IMG/VR virus record: IMGVR_UViG_3300027719_000008
Coordinates: 1 to 50,550 of that record
Reading direction: 5' to 3' (one strand)
From: a virus
Lineage: Duplodnaviria > Caudoviricetes
DNA: 50,550 nucleotides
Shown: piece by piece, positions 9,815 through 19,854 of the stretch
How positions within the stretch are numbered: position 1 is the stretch's first letter
How the letters are laid out: each line of letters opens with the position of its first letter
Made by a program: the position numbers and the translations under genes
Notes under the pieces: model-generated
What the model was told of the DNA's origin: nothing
The model's database searches: none
Seen by the model: the letters and a program-made list of their open reading frames with translations, nothing else

Positions 9815-10715
9815 AAAGCCAAGTACCCTCCTGAGTGAAGCCTACATGGATATCGTGGAGGGCCGCGTCAAACCCGTCCCGTCACCGTTGGGCCGGTTCA
9901 ATACCAGCATCGGTGGTGGGTTTCGGGAGGGCCAAGTGACTGTTGTGGCCGGAACAGCTGGGAGCGGGAAGTCGTATTTCTTGGTGCAGCACATGCTTGA
10001 CTGGACGAAAGCCGACATCCCGTGGAAGTACAAGCCGCTGGAGGATAGCAAAATCGACGTACTCCAACGTATGCTGGCGATCAACACGCATTCATGGGAC
10101 CCCGTAACGCAGACCGAGGAAGCCGCATTGAACGCCACCGAGCTGAGTCTGGACCCGAACAACATCACCGTGATGAAGCGCGCCGGACGGTGCATCGAGG
10201 AAAACACCATGGTCGAAGGCGTCGATGTGAACAACTGGGGCATGGTTGAGTCGTGGATGCGCCAACAGGCTGATGCAGGCCAGCGCGTGATTGTCGTGGA
10301 CCCTGTCAGCCAGATCAACTTCGTGCAGGAGTTCAAGCGATCCTTCGATTTGGAAAACAAGTTCATGCAGAACATTACCGGATGGGTGAAAAACTACCCG
10401 TGCCATATCATCCTCGTTTGCCATATGACAAAGGGCGACGGCGGCAATGGAAGCATCCGGGGGAGCGCAGCATTCACGAACCTCGCCCACAACGACATCC
10501 GCATCATGGGCCACGAGCAACGCGAAAGCCCAATCTTTATTCCCGAAGGTGGGAGGGATTCCGTGACGCACAACAAGACGATCTACATCTCCAAGGCGCG
10601 CAATGGACATACCGGGAAATCCATCGCGTGTCGAGTCGGCAATAATGGACCGGAGTTCATGGAGCTTGGGTATATCGCTCCGGAGGAAAAGAAGGGGAAA
10701 TATGGACGCAATTGA
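9807..10715 (+). CDS. DnaB-like (SF4) helicase
   Basis: GGFREGQVTVVAGTAGSGKS Walker A, IVVDP Walker B, IRGS, KARNG; TTG start after AAGGAGG. Confidence 0.88.
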   Translation: MDEKPSTLLSEAYMDIVEGRVKPVPSPLGRFNTSIGGGFREGQVTVVAGTAGSGKSYFLVQHMLDWTKADIPWKYKPLEDSKIDVLQRMLAINTHSWDPVTQTEEAALNATELSLDPNNITVMKRAGRCIEENTMVEGVDVNNWGMVESWMRQQADAGQRVIVVDPVSQINFVQEFKRSFDLENKFMQNITGWVKNYPCHIILVCHMTKGDGGNGSIRGSAAFTNLAHNDIRIMGHEQRESPIFIPEGGRDSVTHNKTIYISKARNGHTGKSIACRVGNNGPEFMELGYIAPEEKKGKYGRN

Positions 10716-11130
10716 CCTGCAAGAAAAGATCGACCGTATTGAGCAGCATACCAAGCGACATGCCATCGAGGGGAAGCGCGACCTTGCAGCTATCGCCAAG
10801 CGCGTGGACATCATCACTGAGGACGTGCCAGACAGACGCCGCGCGCGTGCGTTCATGATTTCGGAAGCGATGGCGTGTTCCCTGCCGGGGCAAGGATCAT
10901 GGCTGACGGATGACGATCTGATTCGCCGCTGGCGGCACGAGCAGCTTTCCAGCATCATCTGCGACCCAAGCACCACGTTCCAAGAGAAATGCGCGCTCTT
11001 GGAGATCGACGAGGACGATGTGCTGGAGAAGGCCGGGATTGTCTGCGAAGGACGCAGCCCTGCCGCTGATGCGCTGGCGATGTACCTCGTTGCCACCAGT
11101 CAGGTGAGGAAAGGAGCGTGCGTTGAATGA
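10702..11130 (+). CDS. Hypothetical protein
   Basis: SD-led ORF coupled to neighbours. Confidence 0.65.
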   Translation: MDAIDLQEKIDRIEQHTKRHAIEGKRDLAAIAKRVDIITEDVPDRRRARAFMISEAMACSLPGQGSWLTDDDLIRRWRHEQLSSIICDPSTTFQEKCALLEIDEDDVLEKAGIVCEGRSPAADALAMYLVATSQVRKGACVE

Positions 11131-11848
11131 GCTGGCTCTTTTCGCAGGCGCTGGAGGCGGCATACTCGGAGGCCACTTGCTCGGATGGCGAACCGTCTGC
11201 GCCGTTGAAATCGAACCATACGCCGCAAGCGTACTTGTCGCCCGACAGAATGACGGCATTCTCCCGACTTTCCCGATTTGGGATGACGTTTGCACCTTTG
11301 ACGGAAATCCATGGCGAGGCATTGTTGACGTGGTGTCGGGTGGTTTCCCTTGCCAGGATCTCAGTTGCGCCGGAAAAGGAGCCGGACTTGACGGCGAACG
11401 AAGCGGACTGTGGCGAGAGTTTGCCCGGATCATTGGCGAGGTACGACCGCGATACGCATTCATTGAAAACTCACCAATGCTCGTTATTCGCGGACTTGAG
11501 CGCGTCCTCTGTGACCTTGCCGCGATGGGGTATAATGCACGATGGGGAGTTGTATCCGCTGCCGACGCCGGAGCGTGTCACAAGCGTGAACGATTTTGGT
11601 GTGTCGCTTCCGACTCCAAGCGGGGTATCGAATCATCGTGCGAATCATGTCATGGGAAGAATGGACGAATGGGGAGGATCGTCAAATCCTTTCCGTGGGA
11701 CAGAGATTGGGAAGGTGCGCTGTGCAACTTTCGAGGAATGGATGATGGGATGGCCTATGGGGTGGAGCGACTTGACTGTATCCGCAACGGACAGATTCCT
11801 TGTGTGGCGGCACTCGCATGGAATATCCTTACAGGAGGAATCGAATGA
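11123..11848 (+). CDS. DNA cytosine-5 methyltransferase, main (alpha-like) polypeptide
   Basis: LFAGAGG (I), GGFPCQD (IV), ENS (VI), RERFW (VIII), RLDCIRNGQIP (X-like); no motif IX in frame. Confidence 0.92.
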   Translation: MNELALFAGAGGGILGGHLLGWRTVCAVEIEPYAASVLVARQNDGILPTFPIWDDVCTFDGNPWRGIVDVVSGGFPCQDLSCAGKGAGLDGERSGLWREFARIIGEVRPRYAFIENSPMLVIRGLERVLCDLAAMGYNARWGVVSAADAGACHKRERFWCVASDSKRGIESSCESCHGKNGRMGRIVKSFPWDRDWEGALCNFRGMDDGMAYGVERLDCIRNGQIPCVAALAWNILTGGIE

Positions 11849-11855
11849 GCAATGA
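11127..11855 (+). CDS. Fully overlapping +1-frame ORF, putative beta polypeptide of the methyltransferase
   Basis: 242 aa open frame; C-terminal FEEWMMGWPMGWSD resembles motif IX; ATG overlaps stop of upstream gene. Confidence 0.7.
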   Translation: MSWLFSQALEAAYSEATCSDGEPSAPLKSNHTPQAYLSPDRMTAFSRLSRFGMTFAPLTEIHGEALLTWCRVVSLARISVAPEKEPDLTANEADCGESLPGSLARYDRDTHSLKTHQCSLFADLSASSVTLPRWGIMHDGELYPLPTPERVTSVNDFGVSLPTPSGVSNHRANHVMGRMDEWGGSSNPFRGTEIGKVRCATFEEWMMGWPMGWSDLTVSATDRFLVWRHSHGISLQEESNEQ

Positions 11856-12495
11856 CGACCTGATTTTCCAGAGCGACAACGTGGGCATCCGGCGCGACGG
11901 CCAGGTGGCGTTCCTTCGCCCGAAGTGTGAGATCGCAGCCCTGCGTGACATCGCCAATGAAATCAAACGGCTCCATGAGGAGCAGGAATCCAAGGAGGAT
12001 GACGGGAAATGAATCACACCTGTATGGCGCTGTATGCCAAAGAGCAGCTTGATAGTATCTACACCAAACTCGCAAAGCTCGACATGGCTATCGCCGTCTA
12101 TGCCATCAAGCATCAAGACATGGATGATGAATTGCGCACCATCCTTCGGGATATTTCAAGCGTGCGCAGGAAATCCTCGGAGGCGTGCAAGACAGCATGG
12201 AACCCCATTCCGGCAGTATGGAAGGAGCGAAGGCATGATTAGCATCTGTTGCGAGATATGCGGACGGACGCTCGACCAGAGACACACGCACACATCCGTC
12301 TGCGCATGGGATTCCATTTTGACGCTGGCATTGCAGCGCGAGGCACATGTGATGTGCGCGCAATGCGAACATGACATCATGCAGATACTTTCTATCCGCG
12401 CTCGTGGTGCCGCTGATCTACATAAGGAGCGGTCGGAGCAGGCGTGGATTCACGAAAGTCAGGCGCGGCATTATCCGGAAGGAGAGAAGGCGTGA
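11845..12495 (+). CDS. Three small hypothetical genes (11845..12012, 12009..12242, 12235..12495)
   Basis: Coupled ORFs with SD sequences. Confidence 0.6.
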
Positions 12496-12971
12496 TTATC
12501 ATCGGAATCGACCCAGGATTGAGCGGCGGCATTGCGCTGTATGACACCAAGTACAACACATGGATAGTGTACGTGATGCCTGTTGAAAAGAAGACCGGAA
12601 TACACGTTGCGGAGATTCACGCACGCTTCTGTAGCTATATCCACGACTGGAGCGACACGCTGGCGGTCATCGAAAAGGTGCATGCGATGCCAGGTCAGGG
12701 TGTGACCAGCATGTTCACTTTCGGCATGGGCTATGGGAAGGTCATCGGACTCCTTGAAACGCTGGAGATACCCTATCTGAACCCAACGCCGCAGCAATGG
12801 AAGAAACGCATCCTTGAAGGCACCACCAAGGACAAGGACGCAACGATTGCGTATGTGAAGCAGCGGTACCCTGCAATCAGCCTGTTGCCGACGCAGCGCT
12901 GCACAAAGCCCCACGACGGAATGGCCGATGCCATCTGTCTTTGCGAATATGGGATGAAGGAGGTGAAATAA
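12492..12971 (+). CDS. RuvC-like Holliday junction resolvase
   Basis: IIGIDPGLSGGIA, VIEKV, SMFTFG, PQQWKK, DGMADA. Confidence 0.9.
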   Translation: MIIIGIDPGLSGGIALYDTKYNTWIVYVMPVEKKTGIHVAEIHARFCSYIHDWSDTLAVIEKVHAMPGQGVTSMFTFGMGYGKVIGLLETLEIPYLNPTPQQWKKRILEGTTKDKDATIAYVKQRYPAISLLPTQRCTKPHDGMADAICLCEYGMKEVK

Positions 12972-13539
12972 TGGAAGCTGGAGAGATTGTTACGGTCAAT
13001 GGAGTCAAGTACACTATTCGCAGGATAGCAGCGCCGCTGTCGTATTGTCCGCCAAGCGATCCGCGTCCGGATTTACTGGCCGTCCTTGATCGCGTTGCGC
13101 CAAAGCCTGACATCCGGTGGGAGCGGATTCCGGATTATGTGACGCATCTATCCATCGAACCAAGCGGACTCCGTGGAGAACGTGTTCTTGTTTTTTATAA
13201 TCGAAACTACAAGGGCGATGATTGGGCGTTCCCAAACTGGCGCGATTTCATCGGGAAGACGTTCGAGAGGCCGAAGGGAGGTGAAGCGTGAAGAAAACCG
13301 ACATCCGAACACTGATCGACTCCATGCGCTTGCTTGCGCGTGACATCCAGAGCGAGGACGGAGTTGCAAACATGGCGATCCGTGAAGCCGCCGACCGCAT
13401 GGATGATATGCTGGCCTGTATTATGGCTCGCATCCCGGTGCAATGCCGGAAGGATAAGCGGTACGATAGCATCACATGCCGCGATTGTGAGAGCGCAGGA
13501 ATGTGCCAGTGTCTGGGAGGGTACGATGATGGGAAATGA
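12971..13539 (+). CDS. Two hypothetical proteins (12971..13291; 13288..13539)
   Basis: Coupled ORFs with GGAGG SDs. Confidence 0.6.
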
Positions 13540-14005
13540 TGACATCTGTGCCGTGTGCGGGAAAGAGATGTGCGGTGCATTTGTATCGCATCCGTTCTTG
13601 CGCATATGCTCGCATGATTGTTTTGATCGTCGCCAGGCTGCTGAGTTGCAGTATCTGTGGAAGATGCGGGATGATCTATTGATGCGGATGGACCAGCGAG
13701 ATGAAGTAGAAGGCATCAAGCACGACGCCGGAAAGCACCGCTACGACCTGTTGCCCCCGGATGCGCTGGAGTACATGGTGGATGTGTTCACCTATGGCGC
13801 GCGCAAGTATGAAGATCGTAATTGGGAAAAGGGTATGAAATGGGGCCGTGTGTTTGGAGCAACCATGCGGCACTTGTGGGCATTCTGGCGCGGGCAGGAT
13901 ATTGATCCTGAGAGCGGACTGCATCACATCGCGCACGCTGCCGCGAATTGCCTGTTCCTGCTGGCCTATGCCATGCGCAAAGTTGGGGAGGATGACCGGC
14001 AATGA
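13526..14005 (+). CDS. dATP/dGTP diphosphohydrolase domain protein (DUF5664-like)
   Basis: KHDAGKHRYDLLP, YGARKY..RNWEKG, RHL, DPESGLHHIAHA. Confidence 0.88.
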   Translation: MMGNDDICAVCGKEMCGAFVSHPFLRICSHDCFDRRQAAELQYLWKMRDDLLMRMDQRDEVEGIKHDAGKHRYDLLPPDALEYMVDVFTYGARKYEDRNWEKGMKWGRVFGATMRHLWAFWRGQDIDPESGLHHIAHAAANCLFLLAYAMRKVGEDDRQ

Positions 14006-14708
14006 GCCTGATCTACTTCATCCGGCAGGGAACGCCAGAGGTTGCGCCTATTACGGTATTCCCGGAGCAACTTTTCAATGACATGCTGGCAAGGTATTAT
14101 TTGATTCAACATGGTGGCCCTTCTTTTGTGCCCATTGGGAATACCGCGTTATATGTAATACGCGGAACATGTCCGAAGTGTGGTAAGCGGCGACTGAAAC
14201 GGAATCGCTGTGTTCTTTCGAGATGTCGCAAATGCAAGTGGAAGCCGATACCAAGAAAGGAATCATCATGAAGATTGAAGTCGGAGGTCAGTATTTTGGG
14301 CGCTATGTCGTATGCGCCTACATCGGCAGCAAAGTGGATTGTCCCGTCTGTGGGAAGCCTATTTTCAAGGGAGCCTACACGAAGCGCGGCATTCCGAAAC
14401 TCGTGCGCTTCGCATGGAATGAGGACGGAACCGATCATCGGTCGTGTCGCTTGGATGACAACCAGGCTATCGAGACGGGAGGGCTAGCGGAGTTGTACGA
14501 TTTCAGTCTCTGGGGCGTCGATGTCCAGATTGGATGCCGATACAAACTCCATGGATTCGGCGACAAGAACATGGCGCGCCACGAATGCACGATTGTTGAG
14601 CGGACAAACGACGGTCTTTTCGTTGACGAGGAAGGATTCCACTACTACCAAGGAGGCATGTGTACATATGGTTTGCGAAGTAACGACATCATGGAAGTGA
14701 TCGCATAA
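14002..14708 (+). CDS. Two Zn-ribbon-like hypothetical proteins (14002..14271; 14268..14708)
   Basis: CPKC / CPVC motifs; coupled starts. Confidence 0.6.
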
Positions 14709-14715
14709 GACAAAG

Positions 14716-14750
14716 AAGGGACAACCGCGAGGCTGTCCCTTTCTTCTTTG
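14716..14750. terminator. Intrinsic terminator between convergent operons
   Basis: AAGGGACA..TGTCCCTT stem followed by T-rich tract, A-rich upstream. Confidence 0.8.
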
Positions 14751-14769
14751 CGATCCTCTTTCTACCGTA

Positions 14770-15519
14770 TCAGGATGCTTTTCCCTTTCTATTCCTGACG
14801 GCATCGAACACCGAACGCACCGCCGAAAACGTCACGGGCCCACCATGCCAGCGCGTGTACCCGTACTCTTTCAATGCAGCCGTGATCTTGGGCGCTGAGT
14901 ATCCTTCGGCGTGCCACTTTTCAATCAGGCCGATGATATGCTGCTCCGACTCGCTCTTCCGGAATGCCTTGTGGCGGCGCACCCCTTTCTCGTTGACGAC
15001 GAAGCCCTGCGTCGGATCGGCCTCATAGCCGAAGGGGATCTTGTCCTCGCCGAATATGACAATCCCGTTTTCCATCGCGCGCTGATGGACAATCGACGTT
15101 CTTTCGGCAATGCGCGCGCGTTCAAACTCCGCAAAGCCCGCGAACATGGTCAGCAGCATCTTGCCGATCGGTGTTGACGTATCCAGCGGAACGCCATTGA
15201 AATCTGCCACAGCAAGAGCGCATCCCTTTTTCATCCAGAGATCGACCGTCGATAAAGCGTCAGAACACACGCGGAAGCCTCTGTCCAGCGTTGAGAGGAT
15301 CACAAGGGAACATTCACCCTTGGCGACCGCCGTGTTGATCCTTGAGCCTCCGGGACGCTTTCCGAAGGCTATTGTGCCCGATGTCGCTTCATCCTCGACG
15401 TATTCGATGGAGTCACACGCCAACCCCTTTCCAGCGGCATAGCGTGCGATGACTTCCCGTTGCGCGTCAATTGTTCTGATTTGCTTGCCGGTGGATGCGC
15501 GGATATAGGCAAAGATCAT
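14770..15519 (-). CDS. Serine recombinase (resolvase catalytic domain plus partial recombinase domain)
   Basis: AYIRAST..Q, SG...RPG, LDRGFR, FAEFERARIAERT, PFGY. Confidence 0.92.
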   Translation of the reverse strand: MIFAYIRASTGKQIRTIDAQREVIARYAAGKGLACDSIEYVEDEATSGTIAFGKRPGGSRINTAVAKGECSLVILSTLDRGFRVCSDALSTVDLWMKKGCALAVADFNGVPLDTSTPIGKMLLTMFAGFAEFERARIAERTSIVHQRAMENGIVIFGEDKIPFGYEADPTQGFVVNEKGVRRHKAFRKSESEQHIIGLIEKWHAEGYSAPKITAALKEYGYTRWHGGPVTFSAVRSVFDAVRNRKGKAS

Positions 15520-15830
15520 GCTCTTTCCCCTTTCGCTTTGGAGATTGCATCCAGCGCCATGCGATGCGCACGAGGATCATTGGGATTCGCCTGAATCTCC
15601 ATCAATGCAGCCAGCATATCCGGCGCGGCAGCAATCAGGCGAGCGTTTGACGCTTGTTCCGGAGACAGATAACGATATGCGCCCGGAGAGCTTTCTTCGT
15701 CCTGCCCGCGAGCGTATGCTATTGCGAATGTTGCGCAATCGGAAAGGCACGTATGATACTGATCAGCAGGAATAATGGCAAAAATGCCTGATCGGATATC
15801 AGCTTTCCAAGGCCCAGGTGTGTGATTCAT
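15516..15830 (-). CDS. Phage hypothetical protein (HTPGPW...ANARLIAAAP type)
   Basis: MNHTPGPW...NARLIAAAPDMLAAL. Confidence 0.8.
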   Translation of the reverse strand: MNHTPGPWKADIRSGIFAIIPADQYHTCLSDCATFAIAYARGQDEESSPGAYRYLSPEQASNARLIAAAPDMLAALMEIQANPNDPRAHRMALDAISKAKGERA

Positions 15831-15914
15831 TGCAATTCTCCCTTTCTATTTTCGCCTACCATCATCAGCATGGAGCGGCGATTCTCCATGGACGGGGATT
15901 GCTCCCTGTTTCTG

Positions 15915-16654
15915 CTACGTGTATTTCAATTCCATGAGGTTTGGGAATTGTCCCAAAATAAAGCCCGTGTAACGCAGAGGCATATCCATATCGCGGACAA
16001 TCTTTTCGATTTCTGCATTATCGACGCCGTTTGTGTGAAGTTGTTTGAGTAGCTTGCATACAAGAAAAAGGCGCTGATCTTTGTTGACTATTTTTGATAG
16101 CTTCACTTGCGTTGTCAAATCCATTTTGATCATCCTTTTCGTTTGCGGGACATTCCGCGACAGGGAATCGCTTCCCTGTTTCGACCGTTCCCAGGCGGTC
16201 CTCATCAGGCAGGTTGAGAAAAATGCAACGCGATGCAATGAAATCCGCACGGTTTCGCAGCCTGGCACAGCGCGTCAACATCGAAACTATTATACGGTGC
16301 GTACAGATAGTCTCGACAGCAAACGCCATTTATGATCGTTTCGATATAGGCATATCGCTTACTCTTTATCTTGACGATGTTGAGTGTCTTTGTGCTATCG
16401 ATAGTATAGTGTGACAGTATCGCGGTCCAGTCGTGTATTTTTTTCATGATTCACTCCCCTTTCTCTACAAAGTCGATAAGTTCCGCATTTGCTTCGTCAT
16501 GGGACATGCCGCCCATCCGCAAAGCATCGTAGCATGTTGCGCGGTTATATATCCCGCAATCCCACCCGTATACATGCCATGTCCTGTCGATGCTATCATA
16601 TGCGATATATCCGCCATCTTTGCGCCATTGCGCCATTGCTGCTGAAAAATCCAT
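15915..16654 (-). CDS. Small hypothetical genes (15915..16124, 16205..16447, 16451..16654)
   Basis: SD-led short ORFs on minus strand. Confidence 0.55.
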
Positions 16655-16800
16655 GGCCTATTCTCCTTTCAATTCCACACCGCTTCCAGTTTAATCATCA
16701 CCAGTTGCGCCGATATGGTACGTTGGCAATCCAGCACGGATACCGCCGCTTCAATGGCGTCTATCATTTCTTCAGTGGACATTGCTATTCCCTTTCCGGA

Positions 16801-17457
16801 TTACAAGAGGATACCATCGTCAACCAATTTCAAAGCGTAGCCGATACTGTTATCGGCTTTTGTGACAAGCTTTTTGAAATCATCGAGAGGCCTTCCGCCG
16901 TCAAGCCCTTCGGCTATGGCTATGCGCTGAACCTCTTTGGCGTATACTTCGGTGAGACTGCCAGTATCTAGGCGGCGGGTTAATTGTACCCTTGTCGCAC
17001 GTCGAAAAAACGGTACCAGTTCTTTCTCACTCACTCCATCGAATAATGCGCCTTCGCCATCCATTGTCGTAGTAAACGCCATATATGCCCATGCTGGCAT
17101 GTTTTCCATAATGCCTAGCATTTTCGCCACAACAGCCGCTTTCATCCTATGCGCCTCATTCACGATAATCGCTTGTGGCAACATGCTAGAATGCTTGAAT
17201 CTTTCTTCCATATCATTCATGACGCTTGCCGTGATATCATCGCCGGAACCGTATTCCATGACGATACCCGTTTCGCCACAATGCTGGCTTGCGACAATCC
17301 TTGCCAGTGTAGTTTTCCCGCACCCCGAAGGGCCAACGATGAAATGGATTGCTTTGCCCGTTCCGTTTCGTGTCGTATGTTGGATAATTCGGACGGCTTT
17401 CTCTTGACCGACCAATGCGCTAAACGCTTTCGGACGGTATTTTTCAGTCAACTGCAT
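16801..17457 (-). CDS. Clamp-loader-clade AAA+ ATPase (DnaX/RFC/RarA-like), ATPase module only
   Basis: EKYRP..F..LVGQ, GPSGCGKTT, Walker B IIVNEAH, TT sensor 1. Confidence 0.85.
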   Translation of the reverse strand: MQLTEKYRPKAFSALVGQEKAVRIIQHTTRNGTGKAIHFIVGPSGCGKTTLARIVASQHCGETGIVMEYGSGDDITASVMNDMEERFKHSSMLPQAIIVNEAHRMKAAVVAKMLGIMENMPAWAYMAFTTTMDGEGALFDGVSEKELVPFFRRATRVQLTRRLDTGSLTEVYAKEVQRIAIAEGLDGGRPLDDFKKLVTKADNSIGYALKLVDDGILL

Positions 17458-17459
17458 GG

Positions 17460-17708
17460 CTATTCCTCCGTTCCGATTGTAGAGTTATGATTGATTGCAA
17501 TCTTGTTATAGGCTTTCCAGTATTCCTGGCGCGCGTATGGCGTGTAACTTTCAGCGCCATACATTTCAAGAAAACGCGTTTGGTCATTCGCTTCCATATC
17601 TGGCGCATCTTTCCCTACGCGAACGATATCCAACGGAATCCATGAAGCGTCAACCGTGTCGTATGCATATTTCACACCCGCCTTGCGCGCAAACATGATC
17701 GCGTTCAT
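17460..17708 (-). CDS. Hypothetical protein
   Basis: SD-led ORF directly upstream of the ATPase. Confidence 0.55.
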   Translation of the reverse strand: MNAIMFARKAGVKYAYDTVDASWIPLDIVRVGKDAPDMEANDQTRFLEMYGAESYTPYARQEYWKAYNKIAINHNSTIGTEE

Positions 17709-17801
17709 TGCTGTTCCCTTTCTGTTTTACCCTTGTTTTGAGTCTGACAAACCGCTCTTGATACCCTACTGAAAGAGCGAGTAGGGTATGGAGAAAGGTT
17801 T

Positions 17802-18188
17802 TTACATCCAACTGCTTTTAAGCGCATATCCGCCAGCATAATCCGGCTCACCGTTCCGTGTCCCATGTGGTTCGGGAGTACCATCCGGCCAAACAGCCGC
17901 ACCGAGATTATAGACGCACGCAAAGCCCATATCCATGCCGCAACCGTCGACGGTCATGCCTTGCTTGTCCTGATTCCACGCCCCATAAACATCAGCAAGC
18001 GTCATGAGATATCCGATATGGCGCGGCGCGCCGTCAACGTAAATCACAAAGTCGATAACACGGCGCATTCCGCTTTTCGATACGTGCCGAAGGATGCAAA
18101 AGACTGTATCCTTCGGTTTGAGCATTGCGCGCAATTCCGCGATCGCTTCTAACTTTTCCGCCAAACGCTTTTTGGTCATCTTCGCCAT
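17802..18188 (-). CDS. Phage hypothetical protein
   Basis: MAKMTKK...LRHVSKSGMRRVI...GCGMDMGF; GAGG SD. Confidence 0.75.
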   Translation of the reverse strand: MAKMTKKRLAEKLEAIAELRAMLKPKDTVFCILRHVSKSGMRRVIDFVIYVDGAPRHIGYLMTLADVYGAWNQDKQGMTVDGCGMDMGFACVYNLGAAVWPDGTPEPHGTRNGEPDYAGGYALKSSWM

Positions 18189-18276
18189 GATTGCATCCTC
18201 TTTTCTGTTTATTGCGCTTATCCATAAGCGCTTTTTGTATGGCCATGGTGTTAGGCATGACCATAGGAAAAGCGTT

Positions 18277-18663
18277 TCAGTCGCAATAGATACGCGTACC
18301 TTTTGATTCAATCCAAAAGCAGGCCACATTTCCGATACCCTGAACGTATACCCTATACCATCGGCCTTCGCGAAAAAGCATGATATGCGACGCGCGTTTC
18401 GCGTATGGTCCTTTGTAGATATTTCGACTTGTCCATGGCGTTTCCTTTGTCCGATAATCGTGCATCCTGATTCTTTGGATTGCCATGATCTATCCCTTTC
18501 CGTTTCTGAGCGAGTGAACCAGGGTATCCGAATGCCAAATCTCCACAAGACGCTTGAGACCGGCATAGTCTTTGTTGTTGAGGTACCAAAGGGCTTTTTT
18601 CGCGTATTGCGCTTGTATGCTACTGGCAAGCGCGCGGTTTTTCACGTCCGCTAGGGTATCCAT
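18277..18663 (-). CDS. Two small genes (18277..18486; 18490..18663) heading the minus-strand block
   Basis: SD-led ORFs; TTGACA and TTGACG hexamers just upstream on the minus strand (about 18688-18703). Confidence 0.55.
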
Positions 18664-18699
18664 ATCACACCTCACCGAAAAGAATGCCGTCAAGCCTGT

Positions 18700-19790
18700 C
18701 AACTTCTTCCCATGCAATCGCTTTTTCTTCCGCCGTGAGATTGCTTTTGCGGACCAATGAACGGAACATGTATTCCGCCCACAGGGTTTCGCGCTCTGTT
18801 GTTTGCGCGATTGTGCATACGATGATTTGCATGTCTGCCTCTCCTGATTGTCCCGGCCTGATTGCCGGTCATGCTGTATATCGGCGCTAGAGGACAATAT
18901 CCGCCGGTAATTCCGGGAAATCGTAGAGAAAGGACGGAAAATAGGCGCAAAAGAGGCTGGAGATAGGCTCATATGGACCGAGAGCGAGCCGGTCCGGTGG
19001 GATTGCATTGCCAAGGTGATAGCCTGAGGTGATAGCCTGAGGCGGATAATGGGCCATGGATAGCATCGGGATAGGTATTGAGTAAGGTACGGATTGACGG
19101 TGATTAGCGGGGCAATAGGGGCATGACTGAGGTGATCTCGCGCGAGTAAGCAAGGCGACGGTGGTGTGATAGGGGAGAGAACAGGGAGAGAATAGCCAAT
19201 GGGTAGGGGGGGGGGGCTTTAAAGGGTAATAGTAGTACTGTATTATATATATAGGGTGATAGTAGTTTGGTTATGGTAAGGTATAAGAGAGAGGGGAAGA
19301 GTAGTCTTTCGGCCAATCCAAACGTTTGTATTAAGGGAAATTGAGCATATCGGCATGAGCAAGGCAGGGGCCGGATAGCATGGCAATAGGGGTGATTAAC
19401 AGCATGATCGGTTGATAGTGTTCACTATCCGCCGTCATAACTCCAATGATTTTAAGGTACTAACAGCATAAGATAGGCTATCTGGCGGGGTCCAACCATG
19501 TTGATATTGAGATTCAATCCCGATAGCACGCCAGACGACGCCCCTACCCACCCGCAGGCGCGCGGGGTATTTCTATATATGATACCTCCACCCAAAACCT
19601 ACAAAAAAAATTCTCAAAACTTTTCATAAAACTCAGCAGAAAAGGGCTTTACGACGCTATTCCAGCCAAAAGCAACCGTATCCCATCTGACAGGCGCCCG
19701 TTATTCCCCCAGAGACGCAATCCTCGATAGGCTCAAAAACGCGCGCTAAGGCACCAAGGTTGCATTTTCCCACCAACGGTAGTGTGATGA
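18700..19790. other. About 1.1 kb non-coding, strand-biased region; candidate genome terminus/packaging or origin region
   Basis: No credible ORF; purine-rich then C/A-rich + strand, poly-G run near 19206, TATATA tracts, many GATAG copies. Confidence 0.55.
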
Positions 19791-19797
19791 TACGACA

Positions 19798-19826
19798 AAG
19801 CCCCCTGAAATGCCTCCAAGGGGCTT
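19798..19826 (-). terminator. Hairpin ending the second minus-strand operon
   Basis: AAGCCCC...GGGGCTT inverted repeat just past stop at 19855. Confidence 0.45.
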
Positions 19827-19854
19827 GTAGTGTGTCGTTCGTCTCGAAAACCGG

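Noticed and set aside
13526-14005. Z-base (2-aminoadenine) genome pathway suggested by DUF5664
   Set aside because: No PurZ or DNA polymerase recognised; this domain often occurs alone
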